Shown here: piece after piece, positions 25,470 to 37,098 of the stretch
Position numbering within the stretch: the first letter of the stretch is position 1
Layout of the letters: every line of letters starts with the position of its first letter
DNA from: Octopus bimaculoides
Lineage: Eukaryota
Assembly: GCF_001194135.2 (NCBI RefSeq)
Contig: NC_068984.1
Coordinates: 28,953,751-29,017,750 of the forward strand
Direction: 5' to 3'
DNA: 64,000 nt
Position numbers and translations under genes: made by a program
Notes under the pieces: model-generated
The model's input: only the letters and a program-made list of their open reading frames with translations
Databases searched by the model: none
What the model was told of the DNA's origin: nothing

Positions 25470-26146
25470 CAGAGAACTCCTACCTCTGTTGGTAATAAAG
25501 GGCCTCTCTCTCAGAGTGAAAGGCAGATTGTATGATGCTTATGTGTGAACAACCATGCTATGAGGCAGTGAAACATGGGCTATGACCATAAAGGACATGC
25601 AAAAACTTGAAAATTGAAGCTAGTATGCTTCACTGGCTGGGCAATGTTAGTGTGCATGCACAACAGAGTGTAAGCATCTTGAGAGAAAAGTTGGGCATAA
25701 GAGGCATTAGATGTGGTGTGCAAGAGAGATAACTGCACTGGTATGTGACGCATATGGATGATGACAACTATATGAAGAAGTGCCGACCTCTAACTGTGGA
25801 GGGAACCTGTGAAAGATGTAGACCCAAGAAGACATGGGGCAAGGTGGTGAAGCCTGATCTTCAAATGTTGGACTTCACAGAGTCAAAATGACTGATAACT
25901 TTGGCAATGTACTGTGCTTGAGAAAACCTGTCAAGCCAAGTGAGATTGCAGTCATGGCCAATGCTGGTATTTCATAACTGGTACATAAAAAGCATCCACT
26001 ACACTCTTGGAATAGTTGGCATTAGGAAGGGTATCCAGCTGTAAAAACCATGCCAAATCAGATTGGAATTGGTGCAGCTTACCAGTTTTCAGTCAAACTG
26101 TCCAACCTATGCCAGCATGGAAAACAGATATTAAATGATGATGATT
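25470..26146 (+). mobile_element. 5'-truncated RTE LINE (RT C-terminus plus (GAT)n tail)
   Basis: WVKFRELLP..KGLSLRVKGRLYDAYV..MLCGSETW, LHWY..RMDDDN..KKCRPL, followed by the family 3' tail. Confidence 0.8.
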
Positions 26147-27353
26147 GATGGGATACATCAAAAAGCGAAAAACGTTTATTATCTGTGCATGGACAAAGTC
26201 TTAAAATGTAAATTAGTCAAAAAAAGTAGAATGATGAGGTAGAAGAAAATGAAGGATGTGTCACAGAAGAATAGGCAACTTTCGTTACTATTATTAAGCT
26301 AATATGTATTAATACAATCTTCCTTCCTGTATAATTAGCAGGTGTGATTATGAATATATAATAAGCATAGATAGTAATTTTACCAAGATAATGCTGTTGA
26401 AAGTAATTCCAAATAAAATGTACAATTACATTTCATTTTAATTCTGATATTTTCTTACACTGGCACAGGCTACATTTATTTCTCCTAATGTGTGTAGGGG
26501 CAGAGGCAATTGTGTGAAGTAACCTAGTTACTTAACTGATATTTATTTTATTAATTCTAAACTTGAATTGAAAATGAGAGTAACTAAATAACATAGCACC
26601 TATTGTTCTCTATTTTCCTAGTCTGTCATTCACTGTCTTTAATAATCATAAATAAATAGGGGATACTAAAAATTATGCCAACACAATTACAAAAAATTCT
26701 AGTCTCATTCTGTTACCACAATAATGCTCTGATAAATAACTGCCCAAAAGTCAAATCTATTTGAAAGAAATAGGCTTTGTACACTTTATGTTTTAGATAC
26801 GTGTAAGATGATGGATTCTGAATTTACATGTGAAATAAATAATGCTATGATGAGATGAAATGGTACAGCATTAGCAGCATCCTCATGGACTCCGATATAT
26901 CATATATGAAATTATATTTTTAACTGAAAATTATTAAATAAATTAGATACATCTAATCAATGACTATCAAATATTAAATTGCCTAAGTGTAAGTAAATTG
27001 TTTCACTCAGAAAAACTAATTTGACTTAATAGTGACTAAATGCAAGAAGGTACAGAGGAAATTAAATACAAACACTGTATATTAAAAAAAATCAATTAAA
27101 TCTTAATCTAGTTACCATAGACCTTTTATCTACATACACACACACACATACTACACATACATATATATGTGTTCACACATACATTCATACTTACATATGT
27201 GTATACATGTGTGTATATATATGTATATATACATATGTGCTGCCTCTGAATTCTATACAAAATCTATAGAGATAAGCTTATATATATTACTGTTTTTTTC
27301 CTTCATATAACAATGTCATTACCATTGAACAACAAAATCTCCATTTCACTTAC

Positions 27354-27439
27354 ACATGTTCAGCTACTGAAATGGTTGTTGCACCCATAATGTAATTAAG
27401 ATTCTCTTATTATGCCACGCTCTGTTATAATGTTCTGCT
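27354..27439 (-). other. Candidate exon with in-frame TAG (poison exon / alternative donor)
   Basis: Acceptor ttcttgttgttag|, donor ATGT|gtaagt; continues the frame of 27611-27716 as AEHYNRAWHNKRILITLWVQQPFQ*LNM, with TAG at 27364-27366. Confidence 0.35.
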
Positions 27440-27610
27440 CTAACAACAAGAAATAAGCATTTTTTGATGATTGTTGTTGTGGTGGTGGTGGTGGTGGTGG
27501 AGGCAGCGACGGTTGTGGTAATGTTGGTGATGGTGGTGATGGTCGCTCTAAGTCTGATAGTTATGTCTGTAGTGATGATGATGATGATGATGATGAACAA
27601 CTTAAAATAC

Positions 27611-27716
27611 CTTCTTTGAAAGAGGATAGTCGTTTCAAATGCAAGTCTAGAGCTTTGAAATTGCAGTAGAGAATATTGGATCAAGGACAAGTTTATTGAT
27701 CCATGTCTTTTGATTA
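27611..27716 (-). CDS. Coding exon (IKRHGSINLSLIQYSLLQFQSSRLAFETTILFQR)
   Basis: Strong acceptor ctttctatatttcctttcag|, donor GAAG|gtattt; one fully open frame, phase 1->2. Confidence 0.55.
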
Positions 27717-28213
27717 CTGAAAGGAAATATAGAAAGAGCAAGTTTTGATGTAATATGTTAAAGGCTGGAAGGAAATTATTCTACTTCTAGAAGTTCAATT
27801 TCTTTTGGGGATAACATCTGGAATGAAGGGAACTTTCAAATAAATGATTCCTTTCAGCAATAACTAGGGAAATAAATGAACTGCACATCAATGCTTCTTC
27901 ATATAATACATTACAAAATGAAATTTGGAAGATTTTATAGAAGCAGATATGTAATTGAATTTTGACAAACGGTAAAGGGAAAATATGTTTGCAGTATTGA
28001 TTTAACCTTTCAGAAACCATTTTAATTTAATCTAATCACAGAAAACTTCAAAGAAAACCATAAATAGGCTATTTACATATAAAAGTTTCAATTATTCATG
28101 TCTGATTTGTTCTCTCAATAAAACAGAAAAATGTTTAGTTATTTCACTCTCAGGTATTTTTTTCACATACATGATGACACTACACTGAAGCTGTTATATT
28201 TAACAAGGTATTG

Positions 28214-28668
28214 NNNNNNNNNNNNNNNNNNNNNNNNNNNNNNNNNNNNNNNNNNNNNNNNNNNNNNNNNNNNNNNNNNNNNNNNNNNNNNNNNNNNNNN
28301 NNNNNNNNNNNNNNNNNNNNNNNNNNNNNNNNNNNNNNNNNNNNNNNNNNNNNNNNNNNNNNNNNNNNNNNNNNNNNNNNNNNNNNNNNNNNNNNNNNNN
28401 NNNNNNNNNNNNNNNNNNNNNNNNNNNNNNNNNNNNNNNNNNNNNNNNNNNNNNNNNNNNNNNNNNNNNNNNNNNNNNNNNNNNNNNNNNNNNNNNNNNN
28501 NNNNNNNNNNNNNNNNNNNNNNNNNNNNNNNNNNNNNNNNNNNNNNNNNNNNNNNNNNNNNNNNNNNNNNNNNNNNNNNNNNNNNNNNNNNNNNNNNNNN
28601 NNNNNNNNNNNNNNNNNNNNNNNNNNNNNNNNNNNNNNNNNNNNNNNNNNNNNNNNNNNNNNNNNNNN
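28214..28668. other. Assembly gap (N-run)
   Basis: Other gaps: 8647-8749, 14316-14326, 32273-32621, 40362-40564, 47227-47763, 48729-48738, 50043-50212, 53701-53800. Gaps within the gene span may hide exons. Confidence 0.99.
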
Positions 28669-29243
28669 AAAATAAATAAAAGAATAAACAAAAACAATTT
28701 TAAGTTTATTACGAAAATTGGAAGCCAAAAGATTTAATCAATTTTAGCAGATTTATTTCTAGCTATTATAGTTTTTGGTCTAGATTCTTTCTCAATCTCT
28801 TTACAGAATAAGTAAAGACTTTCTAGAACAGATAATAGAAAGTGTAGTTTTTATATTTTTATTTTATCATTTCTTAGTTTCTGAAAACATCATATAAGTT
28901 ATTATGTCCACTAACAAAAGTTTAAACGAGCTTGAGTATAGGTCTAACATTACAGTGGTTTCAGGATTGTCTTCATTTTAATTGTAACAGTGATGGCCAT
29001 ATAAGTGTTTATAATGTATATTGGAGATGAAATGTATTGTCCTCAGAATAACTGAAGCAATATCAAAAGCACAATTCACACTTTCAATGGGACAGAGACA
29101 TTTGGATGTTAATAAATACAGGTGAAACTGTCTCCTTTGTACATACCAACTGATTCCTTTATTATGTGAATGGATTTGGTAGACAGAAACTGAAAAGAAG
29201 CCCTTTGTAGATAAATATATAATTATACCATATGTTACATATA

Positions 29244-29510
29244 AATTATATCAAACCTTGACACTGTGTGGGCTAAGATCCCTGCTGACAGGCTGCTAGT
29301 GTTTATAGAGAGTGAAACACTTTCAGTATGCAAATTAAGGACTCCTTCGTAGAGTAACTGCTGCACTTGTTGAGTATATAAACAGTTTGGCTGCTTGTTT
29401 CTCTGGATAGTGTCAGAATGATGCTGATGCCTCTGATGAGAACCCAATTGATTAAATTTGTTCATCATTCTTTTCAGTCTGTGGAGAAATGGCTAAAAAT
29501 TTGCCCTGTT
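29244..29510 (+). mobile_element. About 267-bp insert flanked by a perfect 26-bp direct repeat, inside a family-2 SINE
   Basis: tataattataccatatgttacatata at 29218-29243 and 29511-29536; the insert has TATATAAA and CTGATGAG motifs. Confidence 0.65.
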
Positions 29511-30103
29511 TATAATTATACCATATGTTACATATATACATATATATAAGTTTCAGATTGTGTGTGAGTGGCTTTGTGTCTGTGTTTATCCCCTCATCAC
29601 CACTTGACAACCGGTGCTAGTGTGTTTACATCTCCGTAACTTCAGAGTTCACTAAAAGAGACCAATAGAATAATTACCAGGCTTTGAATATAAAAATAAG
29701 TACTGGGGTCAATACATTTGGCTGAAATTTCTTCAAGGCCATGCCCCAGCATGGCCACAGTCTAATGACTAAAATAAGTAAAAGATGGAAATATTATTGA
29801 CACCAGCACAGTGATAAGTTTACTTAAAATTAAGAGTTTATAATAATCATATGTTCGCTGTGAATAATGAATTTACTTATAGGTTTACAATATAGTCATA
29901 AGCAACTGTTAGATTAACCGTGAAGAAAGATTTCCAAGGTGTCATGGAATATATCTAGGATAAAAAAAAATATTGGAATTAAATCAGCCATTTAAAATCA
30001 TAGGTATAACATACAGAGACACTTCAAAGATAATAACCTGATACGATATAGTGTATACTATAATTAGTAATATATGTTGTTCATATATATAAATAAGTAT
30101 TAC

Positions 30104-30224
30104 CATATTCAAGACATTTGAAAACCTTCTTTTTACATAAATATTTTCTCAAAATATATTTCAAAAGAGCATTTAGCACACTTGATTCACTAGAAATGAC
30201 ATTCATGGAAATTACACAGTTAAC
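30104..30224 (-). CDS. Candidate exon (VNCVISMNVISSESSVLNALLKYILRKYLCKKKVFKCLEY)
   Basis: Acceptor atatactcccag|, donor ATG|gtaata; phase 0->1; lies within the 99-aa minus ORF. Confidence 0.3.
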
Positions 30225-33200
30225 CTGGGAGTATATCTGTATTTTAGAAATATTAAACTTGCCAAATGAACCCATGGCACTTTTTTCAAAACTACTTGAC
30301 CAAGAAAAATGTAATTGAAGCCAGAATAGAAAAGAACAAAAGCCTTTAGCTGTTTCTATTTTATTTCTGTCAACTGACACGGAAAACTTTAGATATTGCC
30401 AAAATGATTTTAAAAATTTTCTTGTTTTTTTTTACTTAAAGCAATACATTCCAATGAGCTTGGCATTTGAATGGAATAGTAAGTAAATGTCAAAAATGAA
30501 CTGAATCCCAAAATTTTGATGGAAATAAAAAATTACTGGTGTCAATAGATTACAGGTGCTGAACAAAAGACAAAACTATCCCACAGAAAAAGAAAGGATT
30601 AACAGATTAACTTTTACAGTCACCTTGCTTTACTTTGATTTGAGAGGTACTGTCTTCAGAAATATTTCAGGATCAGTCTCTACCAATCACTATAGATTAT
30701 GTAGTTTTGCAAATGATTATGTAATATTTCCATAATGAACAAGCAAAAATTATAGGAAGAAAATCTACACTGAATTATTGTTCATATTGTCAGCAATCCA
30801 AACCTTACTAGTATAGACATTAGGCAAAGAACATGACTCTTCATGCCCCAGCATGACTAGTTAACAAACATGTTCTGTTCTTAGAGGGAACACCCTGATA
30901 GCTGAAACTGGAAGATTGTATCTATCACAAATGCAAAAGTTAATGTTGTTCGCCAAGAAGAATATTATTGATAAATAGTTTTACTAGAATTTAAAAAATA
31001 TATTTAATAAAGACAATCAACAAACAAGTGTAGTTTTCCATGTTTGAAAGTACTAACAAATGTAAGAGAGAGGCAGAAACAAGAGACAACTGTGTGGTAA
31101 AGAAGAATCTATGAAACTAAAACTAAGAATAAAATTTAAATAGCTTTGACAAGGCAAAGAAAAGGTCATCCATAGTCGATACCAAGCAAGACAAAACATA
31201 GCAAAAGTAATAACCCAATCAAGTGGTAAATTCAACAAATTGAAAACCTTTACCAGAAAAGTATTTAAATATAGGGATTAAAGTAGAGAGAGTAATAAAA
31301 TTTTGGAGGCACCAATTACTTGATTACACTGTTTCCATCAAGTACAAAAAATAACTATGCGGGTAAAGATAGTGTGGTATACAATACATAAATTAATTAA
31401 TTGAAAGAGCTAAAACAGGTGATTTAGATTAATAATAAGCAATAATAACAAGTATTCTCAGTTTTTGCTCCACATATAGAAAACTATCAAGCAAAGGGCT
31501 CAGTTTTATGAGCCTGCCTTTTATACAGGATATTAGAAGAATCAGACTGTCAGACAAACCTGCATGCATACATATATCATTTGATATTCATGTTCCATGT
31601 TGGCATGTGTTGGATGGTTTGAGAGAATTCAAAGATTTTGAGGACTTTATCATGGTCTTGTGTCTAATTTGGCATGGTTTCAACAGCTAGATACCCTTTC
31701 TCATAACAACCCCTTTACAGTGTGTACTGAGTGCATTTCTCATGACACCAGCACTAGTGAGATCACGATGCAGGTCACAAAAATAGGAAGAAGGTGACTT
31801 TATGCTGAGAGATGAGGGTTCAAAGATAAGAGAAAGCAATGAAGCAGAGCAAATTCTTGCTGTAAAGGAGCTACATGACTACTCACATTTAGAAGAAAGT
31901 GTGAGAATGAGTCAGAAGTAGCTGCAATGAGATATATAGTAGTAGTGTCGAGGTGTTCAGATGGCACTTCAAGGGCCAGAGAAACTAAGAGTGTGAGAAG
32001 GGTTGCAAGAATGTATGGTGTGGTGATGGTGGGGAAAGAGAAATGGGGTGAGAGGTAAGCAACACCTGTAAAAAGTGGTTAGAGTTCTAGAGCAGGGAGT
32101 GATGAATACAAGGAGTGGGGGATAATGAGTTGGGGAAAGTGTGTGTGCATGTGTATTTGAAGATACATGACTTAGTGGCTAGAGAGTTGGGCTTACAATC
32201 ATGAGGTTGTGAGCTCAATTCCTGGACCAGGTTGTGTATTGCATTCTTGAGCAAGACACTTCATGTCACATTNNNNNNNNNNNNNNNNNNNNNNNNNNNN
32301 NNNNNNNNNNNNNNNNNNNNNNNNNNNNNNNNNNNNNNNNNNNNNNNNNNNNNNNNNNNNNNNNNNNNNNNNNNNNNNNNNNNNNNNNNNNNNNNNNNNN
32401 NNNNNNNNNNNNNNNNNNNNNNNNNNNNNNNNNNNNNNNNNNNNNNNNNNNNNNNNNNNNNNNNNNNNNNNNNNNNNNNNNNNNNNNNNNNNNNNNNNNN
32501 NNNNNNNNNNNNNNNNNNNNNNNNNNNNNNNNNNNNNNNNNNNNNNNNNNNNNNNNNNNNNNNNNNNNNNNNNNNNNNNNNNNNNNNNNNNNNNNNNNNN
32601 NNNNNNNNNNNNNNNNNNNNNTGATTAAGTCAAAAGTACTAGCATTTAATATTATAAGTAAAATAGCATAAAGTTGTATTAGGCATTGTATTTTAATACT
32701 GAGCAAAATAATTTATTAATATACTCAATTACAGTTACCTCATATGTTGTTTGTAAAAATATCAATATTCAAAGTTGTATTGATCTGTTTCAAAATAAAA
32801 CAAAACAAGCTGCTAACATGAGGTTTCTTAAAAGCCTAGAAATCAATACAATTGTCACAGAACCCAAATTTCACCAATAAAAATGACAAATCACAAATAA
32901 CAATCTTGAATTTGTTCAAATTTAAATTGAATATTTGTTTCTCTCTCCCCATTTGTCAAGCTTTGTATTTAAATATCATTCTTTTCTCTATGCAACTGTA
33001 TTCAGGACAAATAACATGCTTTGTCCTCACTCCTCATTTTTATGGAAAACATGTTTCTCTGTTTGCACTCTGTTGAAATTAAAAGCTTAGTCTGACCAAA
33101 ACTTTTCAAGAAATCAAAAATAATTGATATGGTTAGAAGAAATCTGTTTTCTTAGTTTGAAACTCTTGATTACTGATAACAGATGACCACTCCATGTTAA

Positions 33201-33521
33201 CAAATAACATTTTCTTCCAATTGTAATTAACTTTTATTTTCATTATTTTCTTTCTTGAATATTACTAGGTGCCTTGAACGAATACAAGATTGTCAATCCA
33301 AGGCAACAATTTAAAACCACTTGAAGAGGCCTTTAGGTGTCGATTTGAAATCCTGGTTATTGGAGATACATGATTTGACTAATTTATTCTGGTTGTATCA
33401 GTTTTTGTAGTCAGAAAGAACTGGTAATTATTGTTTGTTGCAGACTCCAAGGTAAAATTAAAATCCCCAATATCTAAAACTATATTAACATCAAAACGTA
33501 AATTCAAGAACACAGTTTTAC

Positions 33522-33555
33522 CTTTTTCCAATCGTTTCCAACCTTTTTCTATGCC
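33522..33555 (-). CDS. Candidate exon (GIEKGWKRLEK; may start 6 nt earlier with VQ)
   Basis: Acceptor ttttcttgaggtgcag|, donor AAG|gtaaaa; phase 0->1 links 34763-34803 to 27611-27716. Confidence 0.45.
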
Positions 33556-34762
33556 CTGCACCTCAAGAAAATGTTTGATTAATTTTCACACCTCCCACAA
33601 AATTAATATCATATTTGAAGTTGAAAAAAATCAATTTTCTAATAACAATTTTTTTTTTATAATTGAACTACATGTACTGCTATGGAATAATAAAGTTCTT
33701 GATGTGCTCAAAAGAACAAAATTATTTTTAAAATAAATTTATTCTGCAAAGTAATTTTAAGAAGAAAACATGTACCATTTCTCTATGTTATACTCTCTGA
33801 TATACCAACATACAACCCTTAGAAATGTGGTCTCCCTAGGTTGGGAACACCTACTTTATACAACTATGTATGTAATGGACAAATGATTATGAAGATTTGT
33901 TCATTTTTACCTTATTAAATTCTTATGATACATCATATTGAGCAAATTTTATTATTGCATAATATAAGAAATTTGTGAACTATATAGAATCCCAGAGTTG
34001 CAGAAAAAAATAGATATTTGCTTTTCGCTGAATCTATCATATGAAGTAAAGTAACAGAATCAGAGGAAGCAAATGTTGCTCTGCACTGGTAAAAAGTTAT
34101 GTGGGAAAGATGTCAAACATTTCAGGAGCAACCCTTCATTGGAAAGAGAAGGTAATGTTAAGATAAATGAATTCAAATGAGAGAGAAAGAGAGAGAGAAG
34201 TAGGATGGAAGGTGGCTGGAGAGTTAACAGGTGTTAGTTCGGGTGGCCAGTGGTCAGGGCAAGGAGATCATAAACAGAAAATCCAGCAAATATGACAAAT
34301 GTTATGGGGAGGGGAAAGGAAATTACAAAGAAATGTTATACAGACTCACTTAACCACCTATCTCTTACATACACACACATGTCCTTACATAAACATATTT
34401 AAATACAAGTAAACATTCATCTATGCAATGTATACACACCTATTCAACAACATAAACAGATATTTCCCTTGTTATTATCATTTATGTATACAAAGTATAA
34501 TCATGTGTATAGGTTACACAAATGTACACATACATGCAACTGCACAAATATGTACATTCATGAGCATACATGCATGTTGTATAAATATGCATGGCAACAC
34601 ACAGATGCACATACACACACACACAGATATAAAATCATTTTATATCTGTTAGTTATGAAAAAATTCAGATTCATTTCCATAATGCTTTTATAAGAATTTA
34701 AGAATTAAATTCATTAAGCATTGAAAGTTGAAAAATAATAAAGAAAAGAAAATCATACTTAC

Positions 34763-34803
34763 TTTATGGATTATAACTCCATATTTCAACTCCAAGTATG
34801 ATA
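34763..34803 (-). CDS. Candidate 41-nt exon (SYLELKYGVIIHK)
   Basis: Acceptor gatttatttag|, donor AAA|gtaagt; only one frame is open, phase 1->0. Confidence 0.5.
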
Positions 34804-35542
34804 CTAAATAAATCTTTAATCAACCTTTATAGAGGTAATTTACTAATGTTCTAATACACTAAGGAACACTATAACAGAAATATCAACTTTGAAGAACCAT
34901 CAATAATATCAAATTTTGTATTTATGATTCAGTCTGAAAAATCTTTTAGGAATAATTATTAGCAACATAAACAATCAACATATGCATTGAAAATGGATCC
35001 AGAATATCAAGTGTGATGTGCCCAATGAAAATGCAGCTAATATATCACAATATAGAAAAATATAGAGAATGAATACATATACCATTGTTGTTATTATCAT
35101 TGTCATTTAATGCCTGTTGTCCATACTGGCATGGGTTGGCAGTTTGACTAGAACTAGCAAGGTAGAGAGCTGCACCAGGCTCCAGTCTAATTTGGTCTGG
35201 TTTCTATGGCTGGATGGCCTTCCTAATACCAACCACCTTACAGTGTGTGCTAGGTGCTTTTACATGGTAGTTCATGAGCACTTTTACATGGCACTAACAT
35301 GAGTGCTTTTTACATGGCACCAGTACAGGACTCTTGCAGGCCAATCATCTCTACCCTACCAGGGGAAGTAGCCTCATCACTTCAGCTGTGGGGTACGGGT
35401 TTTCTTGAATGCAGTAAGGCACCCAAGAATATCTGTAACCTGCAGCAGAAGTGATAGGGCCATGCCCCCTGGTGAAGATGATTGGCTTGCAAGTGTCCTG
35501 CCAGCATGGAAAACGGACATTAAATGACGGTGATGATGATAC

Positions 35543-35573
<31 letters not shown>

Positions 35574-35601
35574 GGAGATAGAGAGAGAGTGAGACAGTGC
35601 C

Positions 35602-35635
<34 letters not shown>

Positions 35636-35739
35636 TGGGGAGAGAAGACAGACAGACAGAGACAAGCAGGAAGATAGATAGATTAATAGAAAGATTACCA
35701 GAAAAGGTAGTGTTCGTATGTGGAAGATGCATAGGATCT

Positions 35740-36345
35740 ATAAAAACTATAGAGACTCAGGAAACTGATTCTCTCAAGTACCCTGGAGGCTAATTTTAGG
35801 TAGTAGATAATTTCTGCTACTTAGGGGACCAAATTAGTAGTCAGGGAGGATGCACAGAGAGTGTGATTGCTAGAATAAGTACAGGATGGCAGAAAATCAG
35901 AGAGATGTTACCTCTGTTGGCTATGAAAGGTTTCTCTCTCCAAGTGAAAGAAATATTGTATGATGCAAATATATGGACAACAATTCTACATGATAGACAT
36001 GGGCCCTGAATGCAGAGGCTATATGAAGTTAAATGTGGCTAGTATGTTCTGCTGGATGTGTAATGTAAGTGTACATGTTCAATTGAGTGGTAGTGCTTTG
36101 AAAGAGAAGTTAGGCATAAGAGGAATTAGTTGCTGTGTGCAAGGGAAAAGACTGCACTGGTTTGGTCATGTGATGCGGATGGATGCCAGCAACTCCATAA
36201 AGAAATGGTGATTTCTCAAAGTAGACAGAACACATGGAAGAGAGAGACCCAGGAAGACATGATATGGAGCACTGAAGAAAGAACCTCAGAACGCTGAACT
36301 TTTCAGGTGTGATGACAATGGACCAAGATGCCTGGCACCTTGCTG
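35740..36345 (+). mobile_element. RTE LINE RT C-terminal relic
   Basis: REMLPLLAMKGFSLQVK, LKEKLGIRGISCCVQGKRLHWFGHVMRMD (ORF 35960-36211). Confidence 0.8.
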
Positions 36346-36399
36346 TACTCGAGAAGACCTGTACTCTGCAGCAGAAGTATTAAGGTCAGTCCCCTGGTG

Positions 36400-36752
36400 G
36401 TGAGGGTTAGGGTTAAAGACCCCCTTCAGTCATTAATGACCATGAGATTGCATGCATCTAGAATGTTCCCCTCCAAGGCACAAATCTGGGCAAGGTTGTT
36501 TATGGAAGACCAGTAGTTGCTCATGCTCATGCATACCAGCCTCCCCTCTCCATGCCACCAATGTTGTCCAAGGTAAAGGTAAAGGTTGATACAACTTGGC
36601 ACCATTTATGCCACAACTCATTGCTACAACAGAGTGAACTGTAGCAATGTGAAATAAAGTGTCTTGCTCAAGAACACAGCAGCCTAGTCCAGGGACAGAA
36701 TTCAGTGTCTCATGACTGTGAGCCCAGTGCTCAAATCACTGAGCCATGTACC
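36400..36752 (-). mobile_element. tRNA-derived SINE (family 3)
   Basis: Reverse complement starts ggtacatggctcagtgatttgagcactgggctcacagtcatgag..ttcttgagcaagacactt; the same head is at about 32165-32272(+). Confidence 0.6.
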
Positions 36753-37015
36753 TTACTAAAACTATTTAGAAGCCATGCACCTTCTAAATAGTATTCTATA
36801 CTATATAATGTCAGAAATTTCACAGATTTGGTAGGTGACATGTTGGAATCGTGTCAGTGATCAAGTCATAGCTTTGTGACCAAAGAACCTTGTTGATTCT
36901 ATGTGGTAGTGTATTAAGAAATAAATATTTATTAGAAAACAACATTTCCCATTTAATCTAAAATCAAAAACCAGAGAGGATGTATTAATTTTGTTTCTTT
37001 ACATTGGATACTTAC

Positions 37016-37098
37016 ACATCTATTTCAGTGTTTTGCCATTTTCAATCAATGTAAAGTATTCTTGCCATGGAGAAGTTAGATTCCCATAAGCCATTTTA
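37016..37098 (-). other. Candidate exon with in-frame TAG (5' UTR/uORF exon, poison exon, or recoded)
   Basis: Acceptor ccactgttttcag|, donor ATGT|gtaagt; reads KMAYGNLTSPWQEYFTLIENGKTLK*M, TAG at 37020-37022; ends in phase 1, matching 34763-34803. Confidence 0.4.

Noticed and set aside
28131-28728. Long ORFs spanning N-runs (also at 8.5, 32.2, 47.2, 49.8 and 53.6 kb)
   Set aside because: Artefacts of unknown bases and dinucleotide repeats.
29235-29468. 77-aa minus ORF as a host exon
   Set aside because: It lies within the 26-bp-repeat-flanked insert inside a SINE, so it is an insertion rather than an ancestral exon.
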